DNA from: an uncultured Pirellulales bacterium
GTDB taxonomy: Bacteria > Planctomycetota > Planctomycetia > Pirellulales > S012-138
DNA: 64,000 nucleotides
Direction of reading: 5' to 3'
Assembly (NCBI GenBank): GCA_964445985.1
Contig: CAYUMU010000001.1
Span: 71,596 to 135,595 of the forward strand
Part shown: positions 28,249 through 37,630 of the stretch, piece after piece
Position numbering within the stretch: the first letter of the stretch is position 1
Layout: every line of letters starts with the position of its first letter
Translations under genes and position numbers: made by a program
Notes under the pieces: generated by a model
The model's input: the letters and a program-made list of their open reading frames with translations, nothing else
What the model was told of the DNA's origin: nothing
Databases searched by the model: none

Positions 28249-28998
28249 GTGGGACGTTTTTGGAGTTTGTTGTTTCTGCTAGTGCCGGTGCTGGGTGTCG
28301 CCGCGTTCCTGGCTGCGCCGGTCTACCATCATTGGTTGCCCGACGACTGGTCATCGCATGGCCACCGTATTGACCAGCTTTGGTACTTCATTCTGTACCT
28401 CACGGGCGCGGTGTTCGTGGCGACAGAAGTTGTGCTGTTTTGGTTCATGTGGAAATACGACGGCGCAAAGAACAAGCAACCGGCCGAATACATGCACGGC
28501 AGTCACAATCTCGAAGTGATTTGGACGCTGATCCCCGCGGCCACGCTGCTGTTTATTGCGATCATGCAGATGTCGGCCTGGGAAGAGTCCAAGATGGATA
28601 AACCTCATCTGCCCCCCTTGGCCCGCGTGACGGCCAGGCAGTTCGAATGGCGAATTCAATATCCCGGCGCCGATGGCAGGCTAGATACGTCCGATGATCT
28701 CTACACGGTGAACGACCTTGCGGTCCCGCTCAACGAAGAAATCATCGTCGACCTGGAGAGCATGGATGTGCTCCACAGCTTTTTCCTGCCCAACATGCGC
28801 GTGAAGCAAGATGCCGTGCCCGGCAGCGTAATCCCGGTCTGGTTCCGGCCCACCCGGGCTGGCGAATACGACATTGTCTGCGCCGAACTCTGCGGCTGGG
28901 GCCACTACAAAATGAAGGGTCGACTTTTGGTTCTCGCTCGACCTGAATACGAACAATGGCTTGAGAACTTGCGGATTCAGCAAGAGGCAACTCAATGA
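28249..28998 (+). CDS. ctaC: cytochrome c oxidase subunit II (CuA subunit, no fused cytochrome c domain)
   Basis: GTG start with AGGGAG 6 nt upstream and two N-terminal TM helices. CuA motif: DVLHSFFLP … CAELCGWGHYKM (H…C-x-E-x-C-G-x2-H-x2-M). Confidence 0.95.
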   Translation: MGRFWSLLFLLVPVLGVAAFLAAPVYHHWLPDDWSSHGHRIDQLWYFILYLTGAVFVATEVVLFWFMWKYDGAKNKQPAEYMHGSHNLEVIWTLIPAATLLFIAIMQMSAWEESKMDKPHLPPLARVTARQFEWRIQYPGADGRLDTSDDLYTVNDLAVPLNEEIIVDLESMDVLHSFFLPNMRVKQDAVPGSVIPVWFRPTRAGEYDIVCAELCGWGHYKMKGRLLVLARPEYEQWLENLRIQQEATQ

Positions 28999-30803
28999 GC
29001 AGCACGGTGGCGGGAGCCCACGCGCACGGCGATGCCCACGGCCCCCAAGAGCATTCGCTCGGGTTTTTACAAAAGTACGTCTTCTCCCTCGACCATAAGG
29101 TGATCGGGATTCAGTTCCTGTTTTCCACCTTGCTATGGTTTGTGGTCGGAGGCTTGCTCGCCTTGGCGGTTCGCTGGCAAGTGGCCTGGCCGTGGAGCAA
29201 TATGCCCATCGTGGGCGACATGCTATTCTCGGGAGAAGGCGGACAAATATCGCCCGAGTTCTATACCATGCTGTTTACCATGCATGCCTCGGTGATGATC
29301 TTTTTCGTGATCATCCCCATCCTCGCGGGGGCATTCGGTAATTTTCTCATTCCGCTGATGATCGGCGCGGATGATATGGCGTTTCCGGTGCTCAACATGC
29401 TCAGCTACTGGGCCATGTGGCCGGCCTTCTTCTGCATGATCTTGGGCTTTTTTGTGGAAGGCGGAGCCGCCTCGGCCGGGTGGACGGCATACCCCACCCT
29501 GTCATCAGTTCCGGCGGCGGCGCCGGCCAGCGGTCAGGGGCAAACGCTCTGGCTGCTGGGACTAATTTTCGTCGGCATTTCATCCATGATGGGCTCGGTT
29601 AATTACTTAACCACCGTGATTCAGATGCGTGCGCCTGGCATGACCATGTTCCGCTTGCCAATGACCATCTGGGGGATGTTCATTACGGCCGTGCTGCAAG
29701 CATTCGCGCTGCCCGTGCTCACCGCCGCGCTCTTCATGCAATTGATGGATCGCGAACTCGGAACCGGCTTTTTCGCCCCCATGGGCCTGATTGTGAATAA
29801 CACCACCGCCGGCGCCGGCGGCGGGCAGCCCCTGCTGTGGCAACACTTGTTTTGGTTCTATTCGCACCCCGCCGTGTACATCATGATCCTGCCCGCGATG
29901 GGCATGGTTTCCGACATGATCTCCTGCTTCGCCCGCAAACCACTGTTCGGTTACAAACCGATGGTGTATTCCCTCTCGGCAATCGCCGGGCTGGGGTTCA
30001 TCGTGTGGGGGCACCATATGTTCATGTCGGGCATGAACCCTGCGCTCGGGCTCACGTTCATGGTCTCCACCATGATGATCGCCCTGCCCAGCGCGGTGAA
30101 AACCTTTAACTGGCTTGGCACCATTTGGGGTGGACGGATTCAATTTACCACCGCGATGCTGTTCGCCCTCTCGTTTGTGTCCATGTTTATCATTGGCGGC
30201 CTGTCAGGCATCTTCATGGCCGCCACGCCCGTCGATATCTTCATTCACGATACTTACTTCATCGTGGCCCACATTCACTACGTACTCTTTGCCAGCACGG
30301 CGATGGCGGTCTTCGGCGCAATCTATTTTTGGTTCCCCAAAATGTTCGGTCGTATGATGAATGAAACGCTCGGCAAGATTCATTTCTTCCTGACGTTTAT
30401 CTTCCTCAACGGCACCTTCTTCGCCATGCATATTCTCGGGGCCGGCGGCTTTCCCCGGCGGCTCGCCGATCCATATCACTACAAGACCTTCGCCCACCTC
30501 CAAGGTCTGAACGAGTTCATTACCATCTGCGCACTGCTGATGGGCCTGGTCCAAGTCATTTTTGTCTTCAACTTTGTCTACAGCCTGTTTGCCGGTCCTC
30601 GCTGCGGGCGGAATCCCTGGCGCAGCAATACTCTGGAATGGACCGCGCCGAGCCCTCCGGGACACGGCAACTTTGACTTCCAACCCATCGTCTACCGGGG
30701 ACCTTACGAATACTCCTCGCCAGAAGTAGACGAAGACTATTACCCCCAAACGCAGCCGCCCCCCGAAGGCGTTGAACCGCGCCCCGAAGGCGGGCACCAC
30801 TAG
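28995..30803 (+). CDS. ctaD: cytochrome c oxidase subunit I (haem-copper oxidase catalytic subunit)
   Basis: ATGA overlap with the subunit II stop. Canonical motifs WFYSHPAVYIMILPAMG, GHHMF and HDTYFIVAHIHYVLF. 602 aa, 12+ TM helices. Confidence 0.97.
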   Translation: MSSTVAGAHAHGDAHGPQEHSLGFLQKYVFSLDHKVIGIQFLFSTLLWFVVGGLLALAVRWQVAWPWSNMPIVGDMLFSGEGGQISPEFYTMLFTMHASVMIFFVIIPILAGAFGNFLIPLMIGADDMAFPVLNMLSYWAMWPAFFCMILGFFVEGGAASAGWTAYPTLSSVPAAAPASGQGQTLWLLGLIFVGISSMMGSVNYLTTVIQMRAPGMTMFRLPMTIWGMFITAVLQAFALPVLTAALFMQLMDRELGTGFFAPMGLIVNNTTAGAGGGQPLLWQHLFWFYSHPAVYIMILPAMGMVSDMISCFARKPLFGYKPMVYSLSAIAGLGFIVWGHHMFMSGMNPALGLTFMVSTMMIALPSAVKTFNWLGTIWGGRIQFTTAMLFALSFVSMFIIGGLSGIFMAATPVDIFIHDTYFIVAHIHYVLFASTAMAVFGAIYFWFPKMFGRMMNETLGKIHFFLTFIFLNGTFFAMHILGAGGFPRRLADPYHYKTFAHLQGLNEFITICALLMGLVQVIFVFNFVYSLFAGPRCGRNPWRSNTLEWTAPSPPGHGNFDFQPIVYRGPYEYSSPEVDEDYYPQTQPPPEGVEPRPEGGHH

Positions 30804-30814
30804 TAAATCCGTTT

Positions 30815-30836
30815 CGCGAAGTCTCGCTACTTCGCG
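30815..30836 (+). other. intercistronic stem-loop between ctaD and the haem A synthase gene
   Basis: Perfect 8-bp inverted repeat cgcgaagt / acttcgcg with a 6-nt loop, 12 nt after the ctaD stop. There is no U-run, so it is more likely an mRNA processing or stability element than a terminator. Confidence 0.35.
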
Positions 30837-30837
30837 G

Positions 30838-32007
30838 ATGCTCGAATTTGGCTGGTCCGTTGGAAACGCCCTCCAGTCTAGCAGCGAACGCTTCGCCCCT
30901 AAAAACCCTTTCAGAAACTGTGTTGTGACGTCAACTTCCTCCGCGCCGCTAAGTCCCTGGCCTCATCGCATGGCGGTGCTGCTGGTGTGTCTTACCTATC
31001 CATTGATTTGGATCGGGGGGCTCGTCACTACTTTTAAGGCAGGCATGGCGTTTCCTGATTGGCCCACGTCTGGTGGATACAACCCACTGGCCTACCCCCT
31101 CGATGAATGGTGGCATGGTCCATTTGATATGTTCATTGAGCATGGCCATCGGCTGTTTGCCATTCTCGTGGGGCTTGTCACCATTGGCTTGGTTGTCGTG
31201 TTCTTCGCCAAAGAGCGACGACGTTGGGTGCGCTGGCTGGCATTGGCCGCATTCGCCGCCGTATGCCTGCAAGGCGGCATTGGTGGACTGCGAGTCGTGC
31301 TCGATCAACGCCGCGTGGCGATGATCCACGGGTGCGTGGGACCGGCCTTTTTTGCGTTTGCGGTCATTCTGGCCGTGGTCACTTCGCGCCGCTGGCGAGA
31401 TTCAACCGGCATCCCGGCTTCTCCTCAAGCAACTCGTCTGCGTCGGTTGGCCGTGGCCACCGCTGCCTTGGCCTATGCCCAATTGGTATTGGGAGCGTTC
31501 GTAAGGCATGTGCCCGAAACCGGAAGTGCTGGCGAATTTCAAGCGGTCGTCATCTTTCACTTGCTCGGCGCGGTTGTGCTCGCGGCGCACACCATCGGCC
31601 TTGGCGTGCTGGTGCTCAAACGCAACTATCCCGGTGTAGGCTTGCGGTGGTCGGCCTGGAGCCTGGTTACTGTTTTAGGAATTCAAATTGGTTTGGGAAT
31701 CGCCGCCTGGATCGCCAAGTACGGGTTTCCAGGCTGGTTTCAGCAGTTCTCGTTTCCAGCCAATCATCTGATCGTGGCAGGCGGTCCTTGGCAGTACGGT
31801 CTGGCCACGGCTCACATGGCAACCGGATCACTGTTCCTGGCGGCCGCGGTGATGCTGGCCACGCGGGCGCTGCGATTCTTGCGAGTTGAACGCATGCAAA
31901 CGGAAAGCATCAACGCGACGACTAAACTCCCCCTGGCCGATTCGGTAGGCCGCGGTGGCATCACCGACATAAAACGTGTTCGATCGCTCGCGGAGGCGGC
32001 GCCATGA
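30838..32007 (+). CDS. ctaA: haem A synthase (COX15/CtaA family)
   Basis: Polytopic membrane protein with a COX15-like N-terminal region (…LIWIGGLVTTFKAGMAFPDWPT…MFIEHGHRLFA…) and conserved His-containing helices. The start is uncertain (ATG at 30838, GTG at 30922/30925; the ORF-track start at 30772 overlaps ctaD). Confidence 0.8.
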   Translation: MLEFGWSVGNALQSSSERFAPKNPFRNCVVTSTSSAPLSPWPHRMAVLLVCLTYPLIWIGGLVTTFKAGMAFPDWPTSGGYNPLAYPLDEWWHGPFDMFIEHGHRLFAILVGLVTIGLVVVFFAKERRRWVRWLALAAFAAVCLQGGIGGLRVVLDQRRVAMIHGCVGPAFFAFAVILAVVTSRRWRDSTGIPASPQATRLRRLAVATAALAYAQLVLGAFVRHVPETGSAGEFQAVVIFHLLGAVVLAAHTIGLGVLVLKRNYPGVGLRWSAWSLVTVLGIQIGLGIAAWIAKYGFPGWFQQFSFPANHLIVAGGPWQYGLATAHMATGSLFLAAAVMLATRALRFLRVERMQTESINATTKLPLADSVGRGGITDIKRVRSLAEAAP

Positions 32008-32915
32008 GTGTTACCACGACCACGCTGGCCGTGGCAGATGCCCGACCCATCTGGACCAGGGCCAATTCGTATTTGGAACTAGCCAAGCCGCGAATTGCGG
32101 TCCTGGTGCTGATTACCGTTGCCGTTTCCGCGGTGCTCGCCTCGGGCGGTTTCCCCAACTCGCTGATCTTGCTGCACACCTTGCTGGGCACGGCCATTGT
32201 GGCCGCCAGCGCCAGTGCGCTCAATCAATGGATTGAGCAAGATAGCGACGCGCTCATGGCCCGCACTGCCGATCGCCCGCTTCCCTCGGGCAGGCTGGCG
32301 TCGCGCGAGGTGTTGTTGCTCGGGTTACTAGGGGCAATCGCCGGCGTTGCGTATTTGGCGGTGTTGGTGCATTGGCAAGCGGCGCTATTTGGCCTGCTGA
32401 CTTGGACCCTTTACGTTTGGGTTTATACTCCGCTCAAGTCGCGCACCACGCTGAATACGGTCGTGGGCGCCGTGGCCGGCGCCATGCCTGTTTGCATTGG
32501 CTGGAGCGCGGTGGGCGATGTCGATCTGGCGTGCCTGACCATGTTTCTGCTCGTTTACTTGTGGCAGTTTCCACACTTCATGGCCATCGCCTGGCTGTAT
32601 CGCAAACAGTATCATCAGGCCGGCATCTGGATGTTGCCCGTCGCCGACCCGCAAGGTCATCGCACCGGCGCCCAAGCGGTCGCTGGAGCCATGGCCTTGT
32701 TGCCTGTCAGTCTCATGCCCATGGTCTTGCTGCCCGTGGCTTCGTTCTACCCGCTGGGTGTATCGCTGCTAGGGTTGGGCCAGTTGTCCTGTGCCACTTG
32801 GTTCGCTCATGAGCGTTCCGACCGTTCGGCACGGTGGCTATTGCGAGCATCGTTGATATATTTGCCGGCTGTGTTGTTGCTATTGGTTTGGGGACCGCTG
32901 TACTGGCGGTCGTAA
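32004..32915 (+). CDS. ctaB: protohaem IX farnesyltransferase (haem O synthase, UbiA family)
   Basis: ATGA overlap with the ctaA stop. UbiA-type motifs (…ASASALNQWIEQDSDALMARTADRPLPSGRL… and the second Asp-rich region). About 9 TM helices. Confidence 0.92.
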   Translation: MSVTTTTLAVADARPIWTRANSYLELAKPRIAVLVLITVAVSAVLASGGFPNSLILLHTLLGTAIVAASASALNQWIEQDSDALMARTADRPLPSGRLASREVLLLGLLGAIAGVAYLAVLVHWQAALFGLLTWTLYVWVYTPLKSRTTLNTVVGAVAGAMPVCIGWSAVGDVDLACLTMFLLVYLWQFPHFMAIAWLYRKQYHQAGIWMLPVADPQGHRTGAQAVAGAMALLPVSLMPMVLLPVASFYPLGVSLLGLGQLSCATWFAHERSDRSARWLLRASLIYLPAVLLLLVWGPLYWRS

Positions 32916-32934
32916 GAAGGAGTAGGCGTTCTCC

Positions 32935-33894
32935 ATGGCACACGAGGATCACGAACACACGCATATTAAGCTGGAATACCAGCCGGCTTTGCCGCTGCGC
33001 AACGGTAAGCTGTTTATGTGGCTGTTCTTGTCGACCGAGATTATGTTCTTCGCCGCTTTGATCGGCGTGTATATCGTGATTCGCTTTGGCGCTCCGGTTT
33101 GGCCGCACCCCGCCCACGTTCACCTCAGCGAACCTACTGGCGCGTTCAACACGTTTGTGTTGATTTGCTCCAGCGTCAGCATCGTGCTCGCTTTAGAAGC
33201 CGCGCGAAGCGAAAAAACCGGCCAGGCCAAGTTATGGATGGTGGTCACCTTCTGCCTGGGGTCGCTCTTCCTGGTGGTCAAGGGATTTGAATACAACGCC
33301 AAATTTTCCCACGGCATCCACCCCAGCTTTCCCCGCAGCCGCATTTACGAGCAGCCCGACATTTACTATGCCGGCGCGGTGCGGACTCGGGTACGTGAGC
33401 TATCGGCGCCCTTGCTGGAGAAACGCGCCCAATTAGAGCAGCAAGTCAACTCACCCGATGCCGCCGACAAGCCGGCCCTGCGAACAGAGTTGAACCAAGT
33501 GGAAGAGCAATTGCGGTTTTATGACACCAATATTCTCTCAATTGCCAACAACCCGGCGGCCACCGAAGCGGAAATTGCAGCCCTGGCCGATCGAATCATG
33601 CCGCTCCCTCAGCCCCATTCGCACGATCATCGCGTGGGCTTGAATGATCAATATCCCGACTTGAAGCTTCCCGTGGTCATCCCTGGCGGAAACATGTGGG
33701 CCAGCACCTATTTTACCGTCACTGGCTTTCATGCCGTGCACGTGATTGTCGGACTGATTGCCTTCGCATTCCTCCTGCTGCCTGGTTGTCGGCTGGGGCG
33801 CGCCAACGCTGGCACCATTGAAAACGTGGCGTTGTATTGGCACTTTGTCGATCTTGTCTGGATTTTCCTGTTCCCCTTGCTGTACTTGTTCTAG
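32935..33894 (+). CDS. ctaE: cytochrome c oxidase subunit III with a ~120-aa hydrophilic insertion
   Basis: AGGAG upstream. Subunit III hallmarks: [54 protein letters not shown]. The insertion spans aa ~130-250. Confidence 0.9.
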   Translation: MAHEDHEHTHIKLEYQPALPLRNGKLFMWLFLSTEIMFFAALIGVYIVIRFGAPVWPHPAHVHLSEPTGAFNTFVLICSSVSIVLALEAARSEKTGQAKLWMVVTFCLGSLFLVVKGFEYNAKFSHGIHPSFPRSRIYEQPDIYYAGAVRTRVRELSAPLLEKRAQLEQQVNSPDAADKPALRTELNQVEEQLRFYDTNILSIANNPAATEAEIAALADRIMPLPQPHSHDHRVGLNDQYPDLKLPVVIPGGNMWASTYFTVTGFHAVHVIVGLIAFAFLLLPGCRLGRANAGTIENVALYWHFVDLVWIFLFPLLYLF

Positions 33895-34049
33895 GCAGGT
33901 CCGGCGCGTTCCGTTCAAACTTGAGCCAACCAACCACAACAGCAAACGAGCGCCGTAGCCCGCAACCCGTGTTGAAGCCGGCGTTGGCAATAAACACCTC
34001 CAGGACCGCATTGCGTCGCAAAGCTCCTGCCGATGGAAAGTGAGCAACC

Positions 34050-34559
34050 ATGACCAAGCATGACAGCCACGGCGACGAAGAGTACAGCACCCACGGCTAC
34101 GACGAACACCACGGCAAGCCGCACGATGTCAAGAAATACCTCTACGTATTTCTGGCTTTATGCGTGCTGACCATGATGTCGTTTTTCACGTACTCGGAAT
34201 TCTGGCCATTCCATGAGCACCCTCAGGTGGGCTGGACCTTCATGATGGCCGTGTCGCTCTCCAAAGCCCTCTTGGTGATGCTGTTCTTCATGCATCTCAA
34301 GTACGAAGCCAGTTGGAAATACGTCCTCACCATTCCGGCCAGTGTCATGTCGGTGTTCCTGGTGATCGCGCTGATCCCCGATGTTAAATGGCGCTATGAA
34401 ACCATCGTGGGTGGCCGCACGGTCAGCCCGCAGCAGGCCCAGTTCCTCGCCACGCCCGCCGATATGCAGCTATTGATCCGCGAAGAATCCACGGATGCCG
34501 ATAACGCGCATCCCGATCATGATACGCACGGCGACGCGCATCCTGATAAGGCTCACTAG
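34050..34559 (+). CDS. ctaF: prokaryotic cytochrome c oxidase subunit IV family protein with His/Asp-rich termini
   Basis: The core KKYLYVFLALCVLTMMSF…KALLVMLFFMHLKYE…VLTIPASVMSVFLVIALI matches the COX4_pro/CyoD-like pattern. The termini are rich in H/D (MTKHDSHGDEEYSTHGYDEHHGKPHD; DADNAHPDHDTHGDAHPDKAH). Confidence 0.75.
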   Translation: MTKHDSHGDEEYSTHGYDEHHGKPHDVKKYLYVFLALCVLTMMSFFTYSEFWPFHEHPQVGWTFMMAVSLSKALLVMLFFMHLKYEASWKYVLTIPASVMSVFLVIALIPDVKWRYETIVGGRTVSPQQAQFLATPADMQLLIREESTDADNAHPDHDTHGDAHPDKAH

Positions 34560-34585
34560 CCACTTCGCGCCGGAGCTTGATCTTG

Positions 34586-35509
34586 GTGACTGCTGTTGAA
34601 GTAAACGCGGTTTCGTTTCATTACCCCAATCGGCAGGCGCTTCGCGATGTGACTTTTTCGGTGGATCGAGGCGAGCTCTTCGTGTTTCTCGGTCCCAATG
34701 GCGGCGGCAAAACCACGCTCTTTCGCTTGCTGGCCACGCTCATACCCTTGCAGCAAGGCGAGATTGAAGTCTTTGGCCAGCAACTCCGCGCGCAAGCTCA
34801 CAGCATCCGTCGCCAAATCGGAGTCGTCTTCCAGGCGCCGAGCTTGGACAAAAAACTAAAGGTCGCGGAAAACCTCAAGTACCACGGTTGGCTCTACGGG
34901 CTTCAAGGCGCCGACCTGGCCGACCGCGTGGCTCAAATGCTCGCTCGGCTGGGAATTGCCGATCGGGCCAACGACCGTGTCGAAACCCTGAGCGGCGGAC
35001 TGCGCCGCAGGGTGGAACTGGCCAAGGCCTGCCTCCACGATCCCCAACTACTGCTCATGGATGAGCCCAGCACCGGTCTCGATCCTGCTGCCCGGCTCGA
35101 CTTGTGGCGTTACTTGCGGCGTCTGCGCGACGAGCATGGCGTCACCATTCTGCTCACCACGCATCTGCTGGAAGAAGCAGATAAAGCAGATCGGCTCGCC
35201 ATTCTCAACGAGGGCGTCTTGGTTGCGCTGGATACCCCTCAAGCTTTGCGTTCTCAAGTCGGCGGCGATGCCATCACGATCGAAACGGACGATCCAGCCA
35301 ACCTGGGTGCGGCCGTCGAAGCGCAGTTTGGCCTGAAGGGAACTTCGGTGGGAGCAACGCTCAAGCTCCACCAGAACGCGGGACATACCTTGATTCCACG
35401 GCTTGTCGAAGCCTTTCCCCAACAGATCCGCTCAATCTCGGTTGGCAAGCCCACGCTCGAAGATGTCTTTATTGCTCGCACCGGGCATCAATTCTGGGAT
35501 CCCGCCTGA
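34586..35509 (+). CDS. ABC transporter ATP-binding protein (ABC-2/DrrA-like ATPase)
   Basis: Walker A GPNGGGKTT, signature LSGGLRRRVELA, Walker B LLLMDEPSTGLD, H-loop TTHLLEE. GTG at 34586 lies ~9 nt after GGAG; the ORF-track TTG at 34577 is an alternative start. Confidence 0.9.
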   Translation: MTAVEVNAVSFHYPNRQALRDVTFSVDRGELFVFLGPNGGGKTTLFRLLATLIPLQQGEIEVFGQQLRAQAHSIRRQIGVVFQAPSLDKKLKVAENLKYHGWLYGLQGADLADRVAQMLARLGIADRANDRVETLSGGLRRRVELAKACLHDPQLLLMDEPSTGLDPAARLDLWRYLRRLRDEHGVTILLTTHLLEEADKADRLAILNEGVLVALDTPQALRSQVGGDAITIETDDPANLGAAVEAQFGLKGTSVGATLKLHQNAGHTLIPRLVEAFPQQIRSISVGKPTLEDVFIARTGHQFWDPA

Positions 35510-35988
35510 GCGCCCCCGAACTCAATGGTTCCTCGACTCCTCTTCGATCACCATGCGGATGTCAGAACCTCAGGCTGGCCTGCCGGCGCTTTGTGATGAT
35601 CCAGGTTGGGCGCGGGGGGAGGGAGGCTCTCTTCATTCTTCCCATTTGCATTGTCGGGAGGGCAACCTAGGCTTAACCAAGCAAGTTCCGAATGCTGGTT
35701 TCTATGCTGGAGCGTCGCGGTGTCTGAAAGCGTGCTTGTGGTGCTCGTCATCGGCATCGCGAATCTTGTTCTGGGATTCGTCCTGGGCAGCTACCTCATG
35801 CGAGACCGCTTCTGAAGCCAGAATTCGCCGAACCATTAAGCAATCCTGGTATTCGTTGGCAGAACCCACCGCAGGCAAACGGCGATCTGCTCTCATTTCA
35901 TTCAACTTCTTCGATGCCTGGCATCGGGCCGCGCCGCCCCCGGGGGGCTGCGGCAAATTGGCGATCTGCGCGCCAAACGTCTTTCGTT

Positions 35989-36016
35989 TTGCCTGGCAGG
36001 CAAATCGACCTATAAT
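35989..36016 (+). promoter_or_regulatory. candidate sigma70-type promoter upstream of the 36130 gene
   Basis: TTGCCT (35989-35994), a 16-nt spacer, then consensus TATAAT (36011-36016), about 115 nt upstream of the ATG at 36130. This is pattern match only. Confidence 0.35.
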
Positions 36017-36129
36017 GGGGGGGCTGAATTCATCACCCGCCTTCGCATGACCGGTTCGCTGCGACCCGACTGGTTTCCCCCCTCCGAATGCCTTCCTCAT
36101 ATTGAACTTTGACGCGGAGAGACGACTCA

Positions 36130-36804
36130 ATGCCACATCGAATTTTGCTGTTGCTGCTTTCCTGGGGAATGTTCGCCGCCGTGGGCCAAGCGGAAGAAAA
36201 GCAGGTGGCTTCCCTCAAGAGTCCACCTCCTGCCGATATGCTTTCCGCCGAAGTCGCCGAAACCCTGGCCTCCACCGGCTATAAAATCACCGCCGGCGAA
36301 GACACCGTGGCCGAAGTTTGGCTACGCAAAGAATGGCCGATCAAGTCCGACTTCATGCCATCGGCCAACGTGCTTTACCCCTTCAAACCAGGCGAGCTGA
36401 TTGGCGTGATCCGCTTCGAAGGCCGCGGCGAGGATTTCCGCAATCAACAGTTTCGCAAGGGTGTCTACACCATTCGCTATGGTCAACAGCCCGTCGATGG
36501 CAACCACGTCGGCACGTCCGATACCCTGGATTTTCTCCTTCTGCTCCCCGGCAAGAAGGATTCCACCGTGGCGCCGATGGACGCCTTCAAAATGGTGCAA
36601 CTCAGCACCGAAGTGTCGGGCTCCACGCACCCTGCCATCTTGAGCATGCTGGCCGTCACCGATAAGGACAAGCCAACTCCCTCGGTCGTCCACGACAGTA
36701 CCCGCGCGCTTTGGAGTTTGCGGGTCAGCGCCCCGGCCAAGGCAGAAGGCGAAGCCGCTCCGCTGCCCTTGGAATTTGTGTTCGAAGGCCACTCGCCCGA
36801 ATAA
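36130..36804 (+). CDS. hypothetical secreted protein
   Basis: ATG at 36130 with GGAGAG 8 nt upstream. Signal peptide MPHRILLLLLSWGMFAAVGQA. The body is not low-complexity. No family recognised. Confidence 0.6.
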   Translation: MPHRILLLLLSWGMFAAVGQAEEKQVASLKSPPPADMLSAEVAETLASTGYKITAGEDTVAEVWLRKEWPIKSDFMPSANVLYPFKPGELIGVIRFEGRGEDFRNQQFRKGVYTIRYGQQPVDGNHVGTSDTLDFLLLLPGKKDSTVAPMDAFKMVQLSTEVSGSTHPAILSMLAVTDKDKPTPSVVHDSTRALWSLRVSAPAKAEGEAAPLPLEFVFEGHSPE

Positions 36805-36867
36805 GCGGTTTGTGCGCCAGGGACTTGGCCGGGCTAACCGCACTTGAACGAATCGAAGGAGCGAGAA

Positions 36868-37482
36868 ATGTTGCTTTCCATCCGAACGGCATTGGCCCTG
36901 AGCCTGGCCGCGGCCGCGCTCAGCGTTGGGTTGCGAGAAATTACTGCCGAAGCCCCCGCGACGGCTCAATCGACCGCGCCGGCGAAATCGAAGGATTCAA
37001 CCACAGCCAACGCCCAAGAAAGCAACGCCCAAGCACCAGCGGCCGCCGCCCCAGAGCCGGCCGCGGCAACTGCGGATTCCCAGCGCCAATACACCACCGA
37101 GCGCATTCAAGGCCGCGTGGTGTGGATGGCCGAGGCCGTCAAAAAGTTGCATGGCGTGGAAACCGACCCCGACTTCGCCGAGTCGCTCGTGGCTCTGCAA
37201 ACGGCGGAAGGCAGCTTGGTGCCCATCCTCAAAGATGCGCGAGGTCGCGGCTTCATGATGGACCCGCGGCTGCGCGATCGCCCTCTCGAACTGCTGGTGC
37301 GACGCTACGATGGCCTGCCGCTGGTGCAAGTCATCACGGTGTATACGCTTCGCGATGGCAAGACATTCGAACTCGATTACTGGTGCGATATTTGTGCGAT
37401 TTCGATGTATGAATTGAAAGAGTGCGAATGTTGCCAAGGCCCCATTCGGCTTCGTGAGCGGCCTGTGGTCACCCAAGATTAA
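36868..37482 (+). CDS. hypothetical secreted protein with a C-terminal Cys cluster
   Basis: ATG at 36868 with AAGGAG 6 nt upstream. Signal peptide, then an Ala/Pro-rich linker, a folded C-terminal domain, and the ending YWCDICAISMYELKECECCQGPIRL (C-x2-C … C-x-C-C). Confidence 0.6.
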   Translation: MLLSIRTALALSLAAAALSVGLREITAEAPATAQSTAPAKSKDSTTANAQESNAQAPAAAAPEPAAATADSQRQYTTERIQGRVVWMAEAVKKLHGVETDPDFAESLVALQTAEGSLVPILKDARGRGFMMDPRLRDRPLELLVRRYDGLPLVQVITVYTLRDGKTFELDYWCDICAISMYELKECECCQGPIRLRERPVVTQD

Positions 37483-37630
37483 TGCAACCGACGGATTGCG
37501 CTGCGCCGAATCGCAACGCGCGAAGCGCTCTGTCAGTGGCCAACTCCCCAAGCACGTTTGCCGACGGCGCGTTTGCGTCCCCCGGCCGCCCAGGCACGCA
37601 CGTTCTGCACCATGCGGTTCGATTTACCCC

